Shown here piece after piece: positions 39,313 through 53,544 of a stretch of DNA of 64,000 bases. The first letter of the stretch is position 1. Each line of letters starts with the position of its first letter. This stretch comes from Eledone cirrhosa (lineage: Eukaryota): contig OZ024743.1 of NCBI GenBank assembly GCA_964016885.1, forward strand, positions 275,156,001 to 275,220,000. The letters run 5' to 3'. The translations under genes were made by a program, and so were the position numbers. Under the pieces are notes generated by a model. That model had not been told where the DNA came from. It saw nothing but the letters and a program-made list of their open reading frames with translations, and did not search any database.

Positions 39313-40288
39313 TTATAATATTATGATACTATATTATAATATTATAATATTATGATACTATATTATAATATTATAATATTATGATACTATATTATAATAT
39401 TATAATATTATGATACTATATTATAATATTATAATATTATGATACTATATTATAATATTATAATATTATGATACTATATTATAATATTATAATATTATGA
39501 TACTATATTATAATATTATAATATTATGATACTATATTATAATATTATAATATTATGATACTATATTATAATATTATAATATTATGATACTATATTATAA
39601 TATTATAATATTATGATACTATATTATAATATAATATTATGATACTATATTATAATATTATAATATTATGATACTATATTATAATATTATAATATTATGA
39701 TACTATATTATAATATTATAATATTATGATACTATATTATAATATTATAATATTATGATACTATATTATAATATTATAATATTATGATACTATATTATAA
39801 TATTATAATATTATGATACTATATTATAATATTATAATATTATGATACTATATTATAATATTATAATATTATGATACTATATTATAATATTATAATATTA
39901 TGATACTATATTATAATATTATAATATTATGATACTATATTATAATATTATAATATTATGATACTATATTATAATATTATAATATTATGATACTATATTA
40001 TAATATTATAATATTATGATACTATATTATAATATTATAATATTATGATACTATATTATAATATTATAATATTATGATACTATATTATAATATTATAATA
40101 TTATGATACTATATTATAATATTATAATATTATGATACTATATTATAATATTATAATATTATGATACTATATTATAATATTATAATATTATGATACTATA
40201 TTATAATATTATAATATTATGATACTATATTATAATATTATAATATTATGATACTATATGATAATATTATAATATTATGATACTATGA
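39313..40288. repeat. 29-bp AT-rich satellite, about 33 copies
   Basis: Unit TATTATGATACTATATTATAATATTATAA, almost invariant. Confidence 0.95.
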
Positions 40289-40289
40289 T

Positions 40290-40400
40290 ACAAATCCCGC
40301 CGAGGTTACCTTTGCCTTTCATCCTTACAGGGTCGATAAAATAAAGTACCAGTAATGTACTGGGTAATTGCTGGCCTTGTGCCTAAAGTAGAAACAATTA
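40290..40400 (+). mobile_element. 5'-truncated SINE type 1 with apparent 15-bp TSD
   Basis: ATTATGATACTATGA at 40274-40288 and 40397-40411. Confidence 0.75.
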
Positions 40401-40414
40401 TGATACTATGAGTT

Positions 40415-40560
40415 GGTAGATCTAGTAAGAGTCTTTGTTAACTTCGGTGGGAGATTTTTAAAGATTCTTCGATGAATGCGAGAAAGTTCTCCAGGAAGGT
40501 TAACGAGAAATCTTTAAAAATCTTCCCACCGAAGTTAACAAAGAACTTACTAGATCTACC
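40415..40560. repeat. Inverted repeat (about 55-bp arms)
   Basis: GGTAGATCTAGTAAG...TTTAAAGATT versus AATCTTTAAA...CTTACTAGATCTACC. Confidence 0.75.
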
Positions 40561-40579
40561 CGTTGATTTGTACTTCGTG

Positions 40580-40637
<58 letters not shown>

Positions 40638-40718
40638 TATATATACATATATATATATATATATAGTAATAATAATAAATTTGAAGACTAAAATCCAAAG
40701 AGGGCTCGATAAAGACAC

Positions 40719-40775
<57 letters not shown>

Positions 40776-40789
40776 TCATCATCATCATC

Positions 40790-41100
40790 ATTTCATTTTA
40801 CGTCCGCTTTTCCCTGCTTGCAAGGGTGGGACCGGAACTGATTCTGGCTTGATTTCTACAGCTGGATGCCCTTCCTAACACCAACCTCATTTACAGTGAG
40901 TGCTGGGTTCTCTTTTGCCGTGGCACCTACACGACCACTTTGCAGTGGAATGATAGGGACCCCAGTCCCTATCATTCCTCATTTCTACAGCTGAGTAAAC
41001 TGGAGCAATGTGAAATAAAGTGTCTTGCTCAAGGAAACAACACATCACCCGGTCTGAGAATTGAACTCACAACCTTTCAATTGCAAGGCCAATGCTCTAA
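40790..41100 (-). mobile_element. Fused SINE/LINE-tail fragments (RTE-type tail plus SINE type 2)
   Basis: GCTGGATGCCCTTCCTAACACCAACC, then antisense AGTGTCTTGCTCAAGG and ATTGAACTC. Confidence 0.6.
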
Positions 41101-41526
41101 CAACAGCTGAAAAATGTCACGACAGAGAATACACATGAAAAAATTATAATTTTGATGATGTGGTTCAACGAGACATGCGCCACAATGAATGTGTTTCTCG
41201 TTTAACACATCACAACTTTCTAATTGCTTTTGTGCAAATTCTGCTTAAATGCAAAAATGTTGTCTAATGAAACTATGCCAGCCTAAGTAACAACAACGAG
41301 CTGGCATTGCGGAAATACGCATAACAGAAATAAATTTAATTATATAAAAACACAACCCTGACTTAACATTCATGCGTATAACGATACTCCGTTGTATTCT
41401 ACGTGATCCTATGTCACTGGTGGATACATACAATCGACGTGGAGTGCTTAATTTGATTACACCTAGTTTATGGATTGAGCTGGTTTCAAACACTCACAAT
41501 CAAATAAACACTTCAATAAAGACAAC

Positions 41527-41609
<83 letters not shown>

Positions 41610-41624
41610 AAGTGTTTATTGAAG

Positions 41625-41657
<33 letters not shown>

Positions 41658-41961
41658 AGATCAAAAGATGGTTAAAGGAGTTCAATATATTTTATTATGC
41701 GCATTTCAAAAACAAACATCATCAAACAATAATATTTGTGTTTTCATCAGATAAAACAGGAGAACATGATATGAAGGCTAAAAAAACACTTGTTGATAGT
41801 GCAGTTTTAAATCAACATATGAAAAGTGGTTTTAGATTGATGTGTGATATTGGGAAAAATATTTTATTTGATGTGTGATATTGGGAAAAAATATTTTATT
41901 TGATGTGTGATATTGGGAAAAATATTTTATTTATTGTACTACAATAAAACTCACCTCCTAC

Positions 41962-41995
<34 letters not shown>

Positions 41996-42424
41996 TTATA
42001 GTTGTCTTTATTGAAGTGTTTATTTGATTGTGAGTGTTTGAACCAGCTCAATCCATAAACTAGGTGTAATCAAATTAAGCACTCCACGTCGATTGTATGT
42101 AGCCACCAGTGATATAGGATCACGTAGAATACAACGGAGTATCGTTATACGCATGAATGTTAAGTCAGGGTTGTGTTTTTATATAATTAAATTTATTCCT
42201 GTTATGCGTATTTCCGCAATGCCAGCTCGTTGTTGTTACTTAGGCTGGTATAGTTTCATTAGACAACATTTTACATTTAAGCAGAATTTGCACAAAAGCA
42301 ATTAGAAAGTTGTGATGTGTTAAACGAGAAACACATTCATTGTGGCGCATGTCTCGTTGAACCACATCATCAAAATTATAATTTTTTCATGTGTATTCTC
42401 TGTCGTGACATTTTTCAGCTGTTG
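41100..42424. repeat. About 430-bp inverted repeat with 3' ends facing inward around a 460-bp spacer
   Basis: 41100-41532 versus 41995-42424; each arm has CTAATGA...TGCCAGC/GCTGGCA...GAAA (hammerhead with G5A change). Confidence 0.85.
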
Positions 42425-42794
42425 TATGACAACTCCAGTTGCCCAACGGGCCTTGCACCAATGCCCATACAGCCAGTCAGTTCGTCTTTGATCATATCAT
42501 TTCTTTAGTTTCATCACAATCTCGGAGTATTTTACTTGCAAATGCATGATGGTGTAATTAAATATAGAATCTTGTTCAAATTTCGATACCTCAGTGCAGC
42601 AGCATCGGAGAGGAGTCAGGTATTAAAGACCGTGAGCGATACAAAAAAAGGCACTCAATACTAAAAGTAGACTATAATTCTTATTTCAGTTTAAAACTTC
42701 CTCATTCGTTCCAGGAAGCTCCAAGTAACTCTAAACAGACACACACACAGATATATATATACATATGCATATATATATACATATATATATACTG

Positions 42795-42890
<96 letters not shown>

Positions 42891-43231
42891 TCAAAAAGAA
42901 AGAGAGAAGTAGGCTTCGAAACTTTAGTGATCCACAGAAGACAGCCGATGAGCGGGAATTGTCCTTGTGGGTGTATTTTCACCCACCTTTTCTAAATAAT
43001 ATATGTATATATATATATAGAGAGAGAGGGGGGTAGAGAGAGAGTGAGAGAGAATTCAAAATGTTGAGGAAATGATGAAGGATGGTAGCAGATGGAGAGT
43101 AACTGTACTAGAAAAGACCCGCCCAACTCAAGAAAGCATGGAGAAACGGACGTAAAAGTGTAATGTTGCTGCTGGTGATGATGACCAGAATGGTGATGAT
43201 GATGATGATGATGTTGGTGATTATGAAGGAC

Positions 43232-43435
43232 TATTATGGCTAAGTAGTGAGTCTTGTTATTCTGGAGTTTCACCTGCGCAATCACAAGACCATCACACAT
43301 GTCTGATGATCCTATGAGGGAGCAGGTGAAACTTCAGAATAACAAGACTCGCTGTTTTGCCATAATAAATGTATATCTAAACTCTACTTCGGTATTGAGT
43401 ACTTTTTTTTCTCTCGCCCGTCAACTACACGCGTA
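43232..43435. mobile_element. Asymmetric palindromic element with hammerhead
   Basis: Arms 43233-43276 and 43322-43366; TGT-CTGATGA(43303)-tCCT...AGGt-GAAA...TA-ACA; tail has GTATTGAGTAC. Confidence 0.65.
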
Positions 43436-43807
43436 TATATAAATATATAGGTAAAAAGTGCAGGAATATATAATTAAGGGTTACTTTTTTCTTTAATCCG
43501 ACAGAATATAAATATTTATAATTGTTACATTAAATATATTTATGTTTTGTCAAATATTATGTCAATTTTATCATATATTAAAAACGTTTGGTCTCACATT
43601 CTGTGGGCAGTTAGAACATAAGAATTTTCTCTCGAAATATCTTCTCATATTAATGTTCTTCATGAAGGTTGGGTGGTGAGGGTGGGAGTTGGGTACAGCA
43701 AATCAGGATTCGATTGATTCCATAAAAAATTATTTTGGTTTAAAATGAAAGTTCCTTTTCTTTTTCAGAACAAAGGTCCAGTTGTCATTTTGTTGTTCTG
43801 TTGTGTG

Positions 43808-43869
<62 letters not shown>

Positions 43870-43900
43870 TGTGTGTGCGTATGTGTGTGTATGTGTACGG

Positions 43901-43968
<68 letters not shown>

Positions 43969-44190
43969 AATTAGGTAGGGTTCTATTATGTCAAGAGTTC
44001 AAGTTGTTATTTTAAGGATGTGTCAAAATAGGTAAAAATAGCTAAAAGTGGATATAGAGATGATTGGAGGTTTTATTGAAAATACAAATATACAATTAAA
44101 AGGAGAAATGATTTTCAATCATGAAGTATTTCTTTTTATGTGCTGATGTTTTTAGGAAGGTTGTGAGTTTTTCTTTTGTCTTATGATGCT

Positions 44191-44324
<134 letters not shown>

Positions 44325-44674
44325 TGTGTGTGTGTGTGCGTGCGTGCGTGTGTGTGTGTGTGTGTCTGTCTATTTGTGCAGCTCCATTGTGTTAAGAGTT
44401 CAAGTTATTTTTAGGGTTTGCAGATAAAAACGGGAACAAAAGAATGAAGAGAAGTAAATAGAAATACAAATATAGATATAAACATGATTGAAAGGGGTCC
44501 TATGGGAGGGGGTTTACATTTGTCAAACTAGAGGTTTCTGGAGGATTTCGTAGATAAATCCTTACTAAAACATAAATAGATAATATTATATGCAGGTTGG
44601 TTTGGTTGCTACGGAGTAATGTAAAATAAACTAAAATAAATAAGTCAAATGTTTAAAATTTGGCTTCGTTTATT

Positions 44675-44729
44675 ACTGCTATATATATTTCGGTGACAGC
44701 CATCTTTGGCTGTGACCTCTTCAGGCAGT
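44675..44729 (-). ncRNA. Type I hammerhead ribozyme
   Basis: Minus: ACTGC-CTGAAGA-GGTcACAGCC aaagat GGCTGTcACC-GAAA-TATATATA-GCAGT. Confidence 0.85.
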
Positions 44730-44883
44730 CCGAATTAGTGTGGTAGAGACGAATACACATGTTGTTGAGGTGTTTAACTTTGTCAATACTCTGATATGCC
44801 CAGTTCCTGGTTTGGTTGTTATTTCACTGAGGAACTGGAATCATATGAATTTAAACAAACGAATTTCAGCGTCAAAGGACATC

Positions 44884-45320
44884 TTCTCCTCCCATTGGTC
44901 AGTTGTGAGAACATTCCTCAGTCAAAAGTCTATAGAAATTCGTTCTGAGGCGAGGCAATCTGTAGTGGTTGTTCTTGTTATTGTTAATTACATCTGACGT
45001 CTACTCTTATGTTGGTAGTGGTGTTGGTGTTGGAGTCAGCTAAAAAAAATGATAAATGGTAGAAGGAATAAAATGGTAAAGGAACAAAATAAAATAAGAT
45101 AATCAAATAAAATGTGTGTGTGTTATACCCAATCTCAATGCTAGAAAGATTTGTATGGTCACTTCTCCCATTGGTCAGTTGTGAGAGCATTCCTCAGTCA
45201 AAAGTCTATAGAAATTCTTTCTGGGGTGAGGCTACCTGCAGTGTTTGTTTTGGCTATTGTTAAGTACATCTGACCTCTACCCTTATTTTGGTAGTGATGT
45301 TTGTGCTGTGGTGTCAGCCT
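44884..45320. repeat. Diverged direct repeat, about 280-bp period
   Basis: CTCCCATTGGTCAGTTGTGAGA.CATTCCTCAGTCAAAAGTCTATAGAAATT at ~44889 and ~45165. Confidence 0.75.
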
Positions 45321-45574
45321 AGGTCTTGCTGCTGCTGACATTAAGAAGTATCTGTGTGTGTTTCTTCATCCATCCTGCCACCATTTCTCGTGGTGGTTGT
45401 GGGGGGGCGGGCTGTGCCAAGCATATGAATAAATAGAAGGCAATAAAATGAAGAAAACAGAAAATAACTAATAAATAGAAAATAAATGAAAAATTAATAA
45501 AAAATGAAAAATGAAAAATAAAAATGAAGATTCAAATAAGATAAAATGTGTGTGTGCTATAAATGTGTGTGTGG

Positions 45575-45805
45575 TATGCATTGGGTAATTGCTGACCTTG
45601 TGCCAAAAGTAGAAACAATTATTACAGGGTGGTGGATTGGCAGTAACGGTAGAGGGTCTGATGCCATGCTTTGCGGCAAAGAGTTACGGCCATTTATGGT
45701 CTAAGTTCAAATCCCGCCTTTCATCCTTACTGGGTCGATAAAATAAAGTACCAGTAATACACTGGGATAATTGCTGGCCTTGTGCCAAAAGTAGTAACCA
45801 TTATT
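45575..45805 (+). mobile_element. SINE type 1 preceded by an extra tail copy
   Basis: Tail 45577-45622, then GGTGGATTGGCAG head to tail. Confidence 0.8.
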
Positions 45806-45924
45806 ACATGACGATAAATTCACGCATGTAAAAATAACTCACACGCACATAGACACACATGTACCCATACATATCCACAGACACAAATTCACGGGCATGT
45901 ATATACCATCCTACATACATACAC

Positions 45925-46010
<86 letters not shown>

Positions 46011-46012
<2 letters not shown>

Positions 46013-46200
46013 CGAAAGAAATGTGGTAAGGAAACAGGTGGAACATAACGCACCGAAGTACTCAACACTTAGGGTAGTAGAGTGGGTAATAGGAACGAGT
46101 AGGACCCCGACGGCTGAGCTCAAGCCGTTTCAACGGCTAATTCAGGTCCTGAATTAGCCGTCGAAACGGCTTGAGCTCAGCCGTCGGGATCCTACTCGTT

Positions 46201-46203
<3 letters not shown>
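46011..46203. mobile_element. Family A palindromic mini-element
   Basis: Junction GCTAATTCAGGTCCTGAATTAGC. Confidence 0.9.
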
Positions 46204-46275
<72 letters not shown>

Positions 46276-46591
46276 AAAACAAATATATGTTCGGTAAATA
46301 AATGTTCGGTAAATAAATGCTCGGTAAATCCATACGTACATATATATATGTGTGCATGTATGTATATATATATATATACATACTACTGTACGTCTGTATA
46401 CATATATGTATGTATGCATACATACTTATATTTAAGTAACAGCCGTACTAAGAGTGAGAAATGAAATTTCGTTTCATTTTTTCCGTTTATATATATATAT
46501 ATATATATATATACGCACACACACACACAATTATATATCAGTAAATATTGCCTTGAGAAAATATATCCAAAACTATGCAAAACTATGCATA

Positions 46592-46628
<37 letters not shown>

Positions 46629-46631
<3 letters not shown>

Positions 46632-46814
46632 AAAGAGTAGGACCCCGACGGCTGAGCTCAAACCGTTTCGACGGCTAATTCATGAATTAGCCGTCGAAAC
46701 GGCTTGAGCCTAGCCGTCGGGGTCCTACTCGTTCCTATTACCCACTCTACTACCCTAAGTATTGAGTACTTTGGTGCGTTATGGTCCACCTGGTTCCTTA
46801 CCACATTTCCTTCG

Positions 46815-46816
<2 letters not shown>
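46629..46816. mobile_element. Family A palindromic mini-element
   Basis: Junction GCTAATTCATGAATTAGC. Confidence 0.9.
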
Positions 46817-46897
<81 letters not shown>

Positions 46898-46899
<2 letters not shown>

Positions 46900-47545
46900 T
46901 ATAAAGACATAAGAAAACCGGAAAGTAAACGATGAACTTACATGAAGATGGTAAAGACCGATTTCTAAATTTTATACAGCTGTTTCAGACCGACAAGAAA
47001 TACTGCCAAATATTATTAGATCACAGGTACCATAGACACTAGACCCGTCATCAGTAGATAGTGTCTTACTAAAAACACATAGTTTCGCCATCAGCCATGC
47101 ATCCAATACCAACAGTGAAAGCACGTGTAGATGCATAGGCCAACAGGAGTTGTGTTATTGTATTTCTGCTCCGGAAATTTTTGTTTTTTAATTTAGATTT
47201 AGTAGAGCTAGCTAACGGACCTAACGATGACCTATTTTCACCATTCCTGTTGGCCTATGCATTTACTAGACAATACAATCGATATCTGGGGTAGGGATCA
47301 AAGTTATTATTTTGTATTTTTGTTCCTATCATTGAAATTTAGTTGAGCAGATTTATGGACCTAACGCGGAGCTATTTTTAGCATCCCTGATGGCCCACCT
47401 ATAACCACCTGCTTAAGTAGTATCTACACGTTAGTTTACAGTTGGTGTTGAAAGCATGGCCTACGACAGAACTATGTGTTTAGTAAAACATGGTCTACTG
47501 ACGATGGGTCTGGTGTCTTTATGCTGCTTGTTATCTAATAATAAA
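46898..47545. mobile_element. Old diverged inverted-repeat element with hammerhead remnant
   Basis: 47010-47150 is inverted relative to 47420-47545; minus strand CTGATGA (47054)...GAAACAGCTGTA. Confidence 0.55.
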
Positions 47546-47549
47546 AGAG

Positions 47550-47930
47550 GGCGGTGGATTGGCAGTATCGGTAGAGGGTCAGACACCATGCTTTCCAGCA
47601 TAGTTACGTCCCTTTACGATCTGAGTTCAAATCCCGCCGAGGTTGACTTTGCCTTTCATCCTTACAGGGCCGATAAACTAAAGTACCAGTAATGCACTGG
47701 GTAATTGCTGGCCTTGTACCTAAAGTAGAAACAGTTATCTAATAATTGTTTCTATTTTTTTGCACAAGGCCAGCAATTATCCCAGTGCATTACTGGTACT
47801 TTATTTTATCGACCCCGTAAGGATGAAAGGCAAAGTTAACCTTGGCGGGATTTGAACTCAGTCCATAAAGGGACGTAATTGTGCTGTAATGCATGGCGTC
47901 CGACCCTCTACCGATACTGCCAATCCAATG
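47550..47930. mobile_element. Tail-to-tail inverted pair of SINE type 1
   Basis: Plus copy 47550-47736 directly followed by minus copy 47742-47928. Confidence 0.85.
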
Positions 47931-48254
47931 ATATTTGGCACTATTTCTTATCATCGTCGTCGTCATCGTCGTTGTCGTTGTCATTATCATCATTATCATC
48001 ATCATCATCCTCATAATCAGTGTCATCATCATCCTCATCATCATCTTTATCCTCATTATCGTCATCGTCGTTGTCATCGTCGCCGTCGTCGTCGTCGTCG
48101 TCGTCGTCGTTGCCATGATCATCATCACCATCATCTACCAGTTAACGAGAGAGCTGCTATGGGGTCGCCCGACCTGAAATGCCAACCAAAATAGTTCAAA
48201 TCATACGATACCGTCTTTAAAAAAAGAGATGGACAATAGAAACGTGATGTAGAA

Positions 48255-48980
48255 GATCAACAACAACAAGAAAGATAACAATAACAATAACAATGACAAT
48301 AACAACAACAATGTTAACAACAGTAATAATACCCAAAACAAGTAACAATAACAATAGTAACACAAATAAAATTAACAATAACAATTGCAACAACATATTC
48401 AAAAACAACAACAATAACAATAACTACGACAGTGACAATAACAACAATAACAACAACAACAACAATAACAATTGCAACAACACATTAAAAAACAACAACA
48501 ACAACAACAATAACAATAACAATAACAATGACAGTCACAATAACAACAACAACAATAACAACAACAATAACAACAACAATAACAACAACAATAACAATGA
48601 CAGTCACAATAACAACAACAACAACAACAACAACAATAACAATAATAATAACAACGACAGTGACAATAACTACGACAGTGACAATAACAACAACAACAAT
48701 AACAATTGCAACAACACATTAAAAAACAACAACAATAACAATAACTACGACAGTGACAATAACAACAACAACAACAACAACAACAACAATAACAATTGCA
48801 ACAACACATTAAAAAACAACAACAACAACAACAATAACAATAACAATAACAATAACAACGCCAGTGACAATAACAACTGCAACAACAATACAATAGGAAC
48901 GACAATAGTAATTAATAATAACGAGATAACAACAACAATAGTAACAATAACAACACAATAGGAATGACAATAGTAATAAT
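48255..48980. repeat. (AAC/AAT)n minisatellite with higher-order units
   Basis: Recurrent AACTACGACAGTGACAAT and AATTGCAACAACACATTAAAAAAC blocks. Confidence 0.85.
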
Positions 48981-49675
48981 TGTTTCTACTTTTGGCACAA
49001 GGTCAGCAATTATCCCAGTGTATTACTGGTACTTTATTTTATCGACCCCGTAAGGATGAAAGGTAAAGTTAATTTCGGTGGGATTTGAACTCAGATCATA
49101 AAGGGGCGTAACTCTATGCTGCAAAGCATGGCGTCCGACCCTCCACCCGATACAACAATAATACTAACAACACCAACAATACGACTGAAACAATAAGAAT
49201 AACAATAACAGTAACAATAACAGCAACAACAAAAACAATAATAATGATTTCTAGTATAGGCACAAGGCCGGCGATTTGGGGAGATGGGGAAACTCGATTA
49301 AGTCGACCCCAGTGCATTACTGGTAGTTTATTTCATCGACTCCGTAAGGATGAAAGACAAAGCTAATCTCGGCGGGATTTGAACTTAGATCGTAAAGGGC
49401 CATAACTCTATGCCGCAAAGCACGATGTCTGGCGCCCCACCGATACTGCCAATCCGCCGAATAATTGTTTCTACTTTAGGCACAAGGCCAACAATATTTT
49501 GAGGAGAGGGGAAAGTCGATTAAATCGACGCCAGTGTATTACTGGTACTTTATTTTATCGACCCCGTAAGGATAAAAGGCAAAGCTAACCTCGGCGGGAT
49601 TTGAAATCAGAACGTACAGGGCCGCAACTTTATGCTGCAAAGCATGTTGCCCAACGTTCCGCCGATACTGCCAGT
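48978..49675 (-). mobile_element. Cluster of three SINE type 1 copies
   Basis: 48978-49152, 49243-49459 and 49461-49675. Confidence 0.85.
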
Positions 49676-49779
49676 AATAATAATTGCTTTCACAACAATA
49701 GTAACAATAAAATACAACCACAGTGGTGACAATAACAACAAAAATAGTAACAGTAACAATAACAAAATTAAGGGTAAAA

Positions 49780-51027
49780 ATAACTAACAATAATAACTAA
49801 CAATAATAACAACAATAATAACAACAATAATAACTAACAATAATAACAACAATAATAACAACAATAATAACTAACAATAATAACAACAATAATAACAACA
49901 ATAACGACAACAATAATAACAACAATAACGACAACAATAATAACAACAATAACGACAACAATAATAACAACAATAACGACAACAATAACGACAACAATAA
50001 TAACAACAATAACGACAACAATAACGACAACAATAATAACAACAATAACGACAACAATAACGACAACAATAATAACAACAATAACGACAACAATAACGAC
50101 AACAATAATAACAACAATAACGACAACAATAACGACAACAATAATAACAACAATAACGACAACAATAATAACAACAATAACGACAACAATAATAACAACA
50201 ATAACGACAACAATAACGACAACAATAATAACAACAATAACGACAACAATAACGACAACAATAATAACAACAATAACGACAACAATAACGACAACAATAA
50301 TAACAACAATAACGACAACAATAATAACAACAATAACGACAACAATAACGACAACAATAATAACAACAATAACGACAACAATAACGACAACAATAATAAC
50401 AACAATAACGACAACAATAACGACAACAATAATAACAACAATAACGACAACAATAACGACAACAATAATAACAACAATAACGACAACAATAACGACAACA
50501 ATAATAACATCAATAACGACAACAATAATAACAACAATAACGACAACAATAATAACAACAATAACGACAACAATAACGACAACAATAATAACAACAATAA
50601 CGACAACAATAATAACAACAATAACGACAACAATAACGACAACAATAATAACAACAATAACGACAACAATAATAACAACAATAACGACAACAATAATAAC
50701 AACAATAACGACAACAATAACGACAACAATAATAACATCAATAACGACAACAATAATAACAACAATAACGACAACAATAATAACAACAATAACGACAACA
50801 ATAACGACAACAATAATAACAACAATAACGACAACAATAATAACAACAATAACGACAACAATAACGACAACAATAATAACAACAATAACGACAACAATAA
50901 TAACAACAATAACGACAACAATAACGACAACAATAACGACAACAATAATAACAACAATAACGACAACAATAACGACAACAATAACGACAACAATAATAAC
51001 AACAATAACGACAACAATAACGACAAC
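49780..51027. repeat. 12-bp minisatellite of two main variants
   Basis: AACAATAACGAC and AACAATAATAAC units, about 100 copies. Confidence 0.92.
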
Positions 51028-51370
51028 GAGAGTCACGTTGTGAATTTCATTGTGGTATGACAAAATATAGGAATTTCAGATTTTCTGAATACAGTAAAAT
51101 ATATATAATAATAATGGTGGTGGGGGGGGGGGTACTGCTGCTCGTTGTCATCGTCATTATCGTCGTTGTCTTCGTCGTCATCGTCCTCAAGAAGAAGAAG
51201 AAGAAGAAGAAGAAGACGACGATGACGACGATGATGATGACGACACCGACGCTGGCGATAGTGATAATGATGCTGTTGACGATCATAATGATGATCCTAA
51301 TCATTATTATCATGATCACCATCACCATTAACAACATCACTACCACCACCAACAACAGCAACAGCAACAA

Positions 51371-51410
<40 letters not shown>

Positions 51411-51819
51411 CATAACATCAACAAAGGAGTCTTCACACAATCAAAACAAAAGCTAGACCATCCAGCTGACAATTCAGTTCAGATCACTTTAAAACTCCGA
51501 GTAAAGTAGTCACTAAGTGACAAAGTGACTCAGACCTACCCCAGTGTTTGTATTTTGTGTTTTGGTTTTTTGTTTTGTTTTTTTTTTGTCTTCTATGTCA
51601 GATTGTCACCGCTCTGATGGTCACATACAGGGAGAAGAATTGTCAAAAATGTTGAATCCAATTTAGAGCTGGGAATCGAGTTACCATTGTCTCATAGACG
51701 AAACTTTGTCTGAGAGCCACTGAAACAGTCTCCTTCATCCATTTAGATTCGCGATAATTTTCTTGGAAAACTGCAGAGTGTTCCTTACAGGACATATACA
51801 CGTACAAGTAGCTGCCACT

Positions 51820-53080
51820 TCACCTCTGCCGCCGCCACTCACATCACCACCACCACCACCACCACCACAACGGCCGCCGCCGCCGCCGACGCTGTTATCA
51901 CCACCACCGACGCCGCCGCCGCCACTGTTATCACCACCACCGACGCCGCCGCCGCCACTGTTATCACCACCAACATCACCACCACCACCACCGCCGCCGC
52001 CGCCACTGTTATCACCACCGCCACCGCCGCCGCCGCCACTGTTATCACCACCACCACCACCGCCACCGCCGCCACCGCCGCTGCCGCCGCCACTGTCATC
52101 ACCACCACCACCACCACCGCCACTGTCATCACCACCACCACCGCCGCCGCCGCAGTCATCAACACTACCACCACCACCACCGCCACTGTCATCACCACCA
52201 CCACCGCCGCCGCCGCAGTCATCAACACCACCACTGCCACCGAGAGTCATCACCCCCACCACCATCACCCCCACCACCACCACCGTTGAAATAATTCACC
52301 TCCTCCACTCCACCGTTTCCACATTTGGCCGTCACTCCACTCCAACACACCTCAGTCACCTCAGCAATCACCACTTAATTTATACACAGAAACTCTGCCC
52401 ACCACCACCACCACCATTACCACCACCACCAGCACCACCACCACCACAGCCACCACAACCACCACCACCACCACATCCACCACAACCATCACCATTACCA
52501 TCAGCACCACCAAAGCCACCACAATCACCACAGCCATTACAACCAACACCACAGCCACCACAACCACCACCACAGCCACCACAACCACCACAACCACCAC
52601 CATTACCATCACCACAGCTACCACACCTACCACCATTACCATAACTACCACCACAGCCACCACAACCACCACCATTACAACCACCACTACAGCCACCACA
52701 ACCACCACTATTACCATCACCGCCACCACAGCGACCACAACCACCACCATTACCACAACCACCACCACAGCCACCACAACCACCACCATTCCAACCACCA
52801 CTACAGCCACTACAACCACCACCACAGCGACCACGACCACCACCATTACCATCACCACCACTACAGCCACTACAACCACCACCACAGCGACCACGACCAC
52901 CACCATTACCATCACCACCACAGCGACCACAACCACCACCATTACCATCACCACCACCACAGCCACCACAACCACCAACATTACCATCACCACCACCACA
53001 GACACCACAACCACCACCATTACCATCACCACCACCACAGCCACCACAACCACCAACGTTACCATCACCACCACAACAAA
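51820..53080. repeat. CCA/CCG triplet-based minisatellites (two blocks)
   Basis: 51820-52285 and 52397-53080. Confidence 0.85.
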
Positions 53081-53362
53081 TTCTGGGTAACACTCTGCTA
53101 GTTTAATCTGATAAAAGTGGACGGACATTGGGCTAAATAAATAGAAGTTGCGATGGTGTGATTGCAAAGATATTAAGTAAAGTTCCGTCTTGCATCTGAG
53201 TTCGTAGACATATATAATATGATTAAGAAGTGGACAAATAAATACAAAATTTGAGCAATGTAAACATATACGTATCTCTACACAATGACATAGTGACATA
53301 CAACCATATACATATGACTGTCAGTACGTATGTATATATTTCTGTATGTGTGTGTGAGTGTA

Positions 53363-53536
<174 letters not shown>

Positions 53537-53544
53537 TATATGAA

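Noticed and set aside
48293-51063. Poly-Asn, poly-Leu and poly-Val ORFs
   Set aside because: AAC/AAT repeat translations.
51735-53299. Proline-rich or Gly/Cys-rich ORFs
   Set aside because: CCA/CCG triplet repeats; same artefact.
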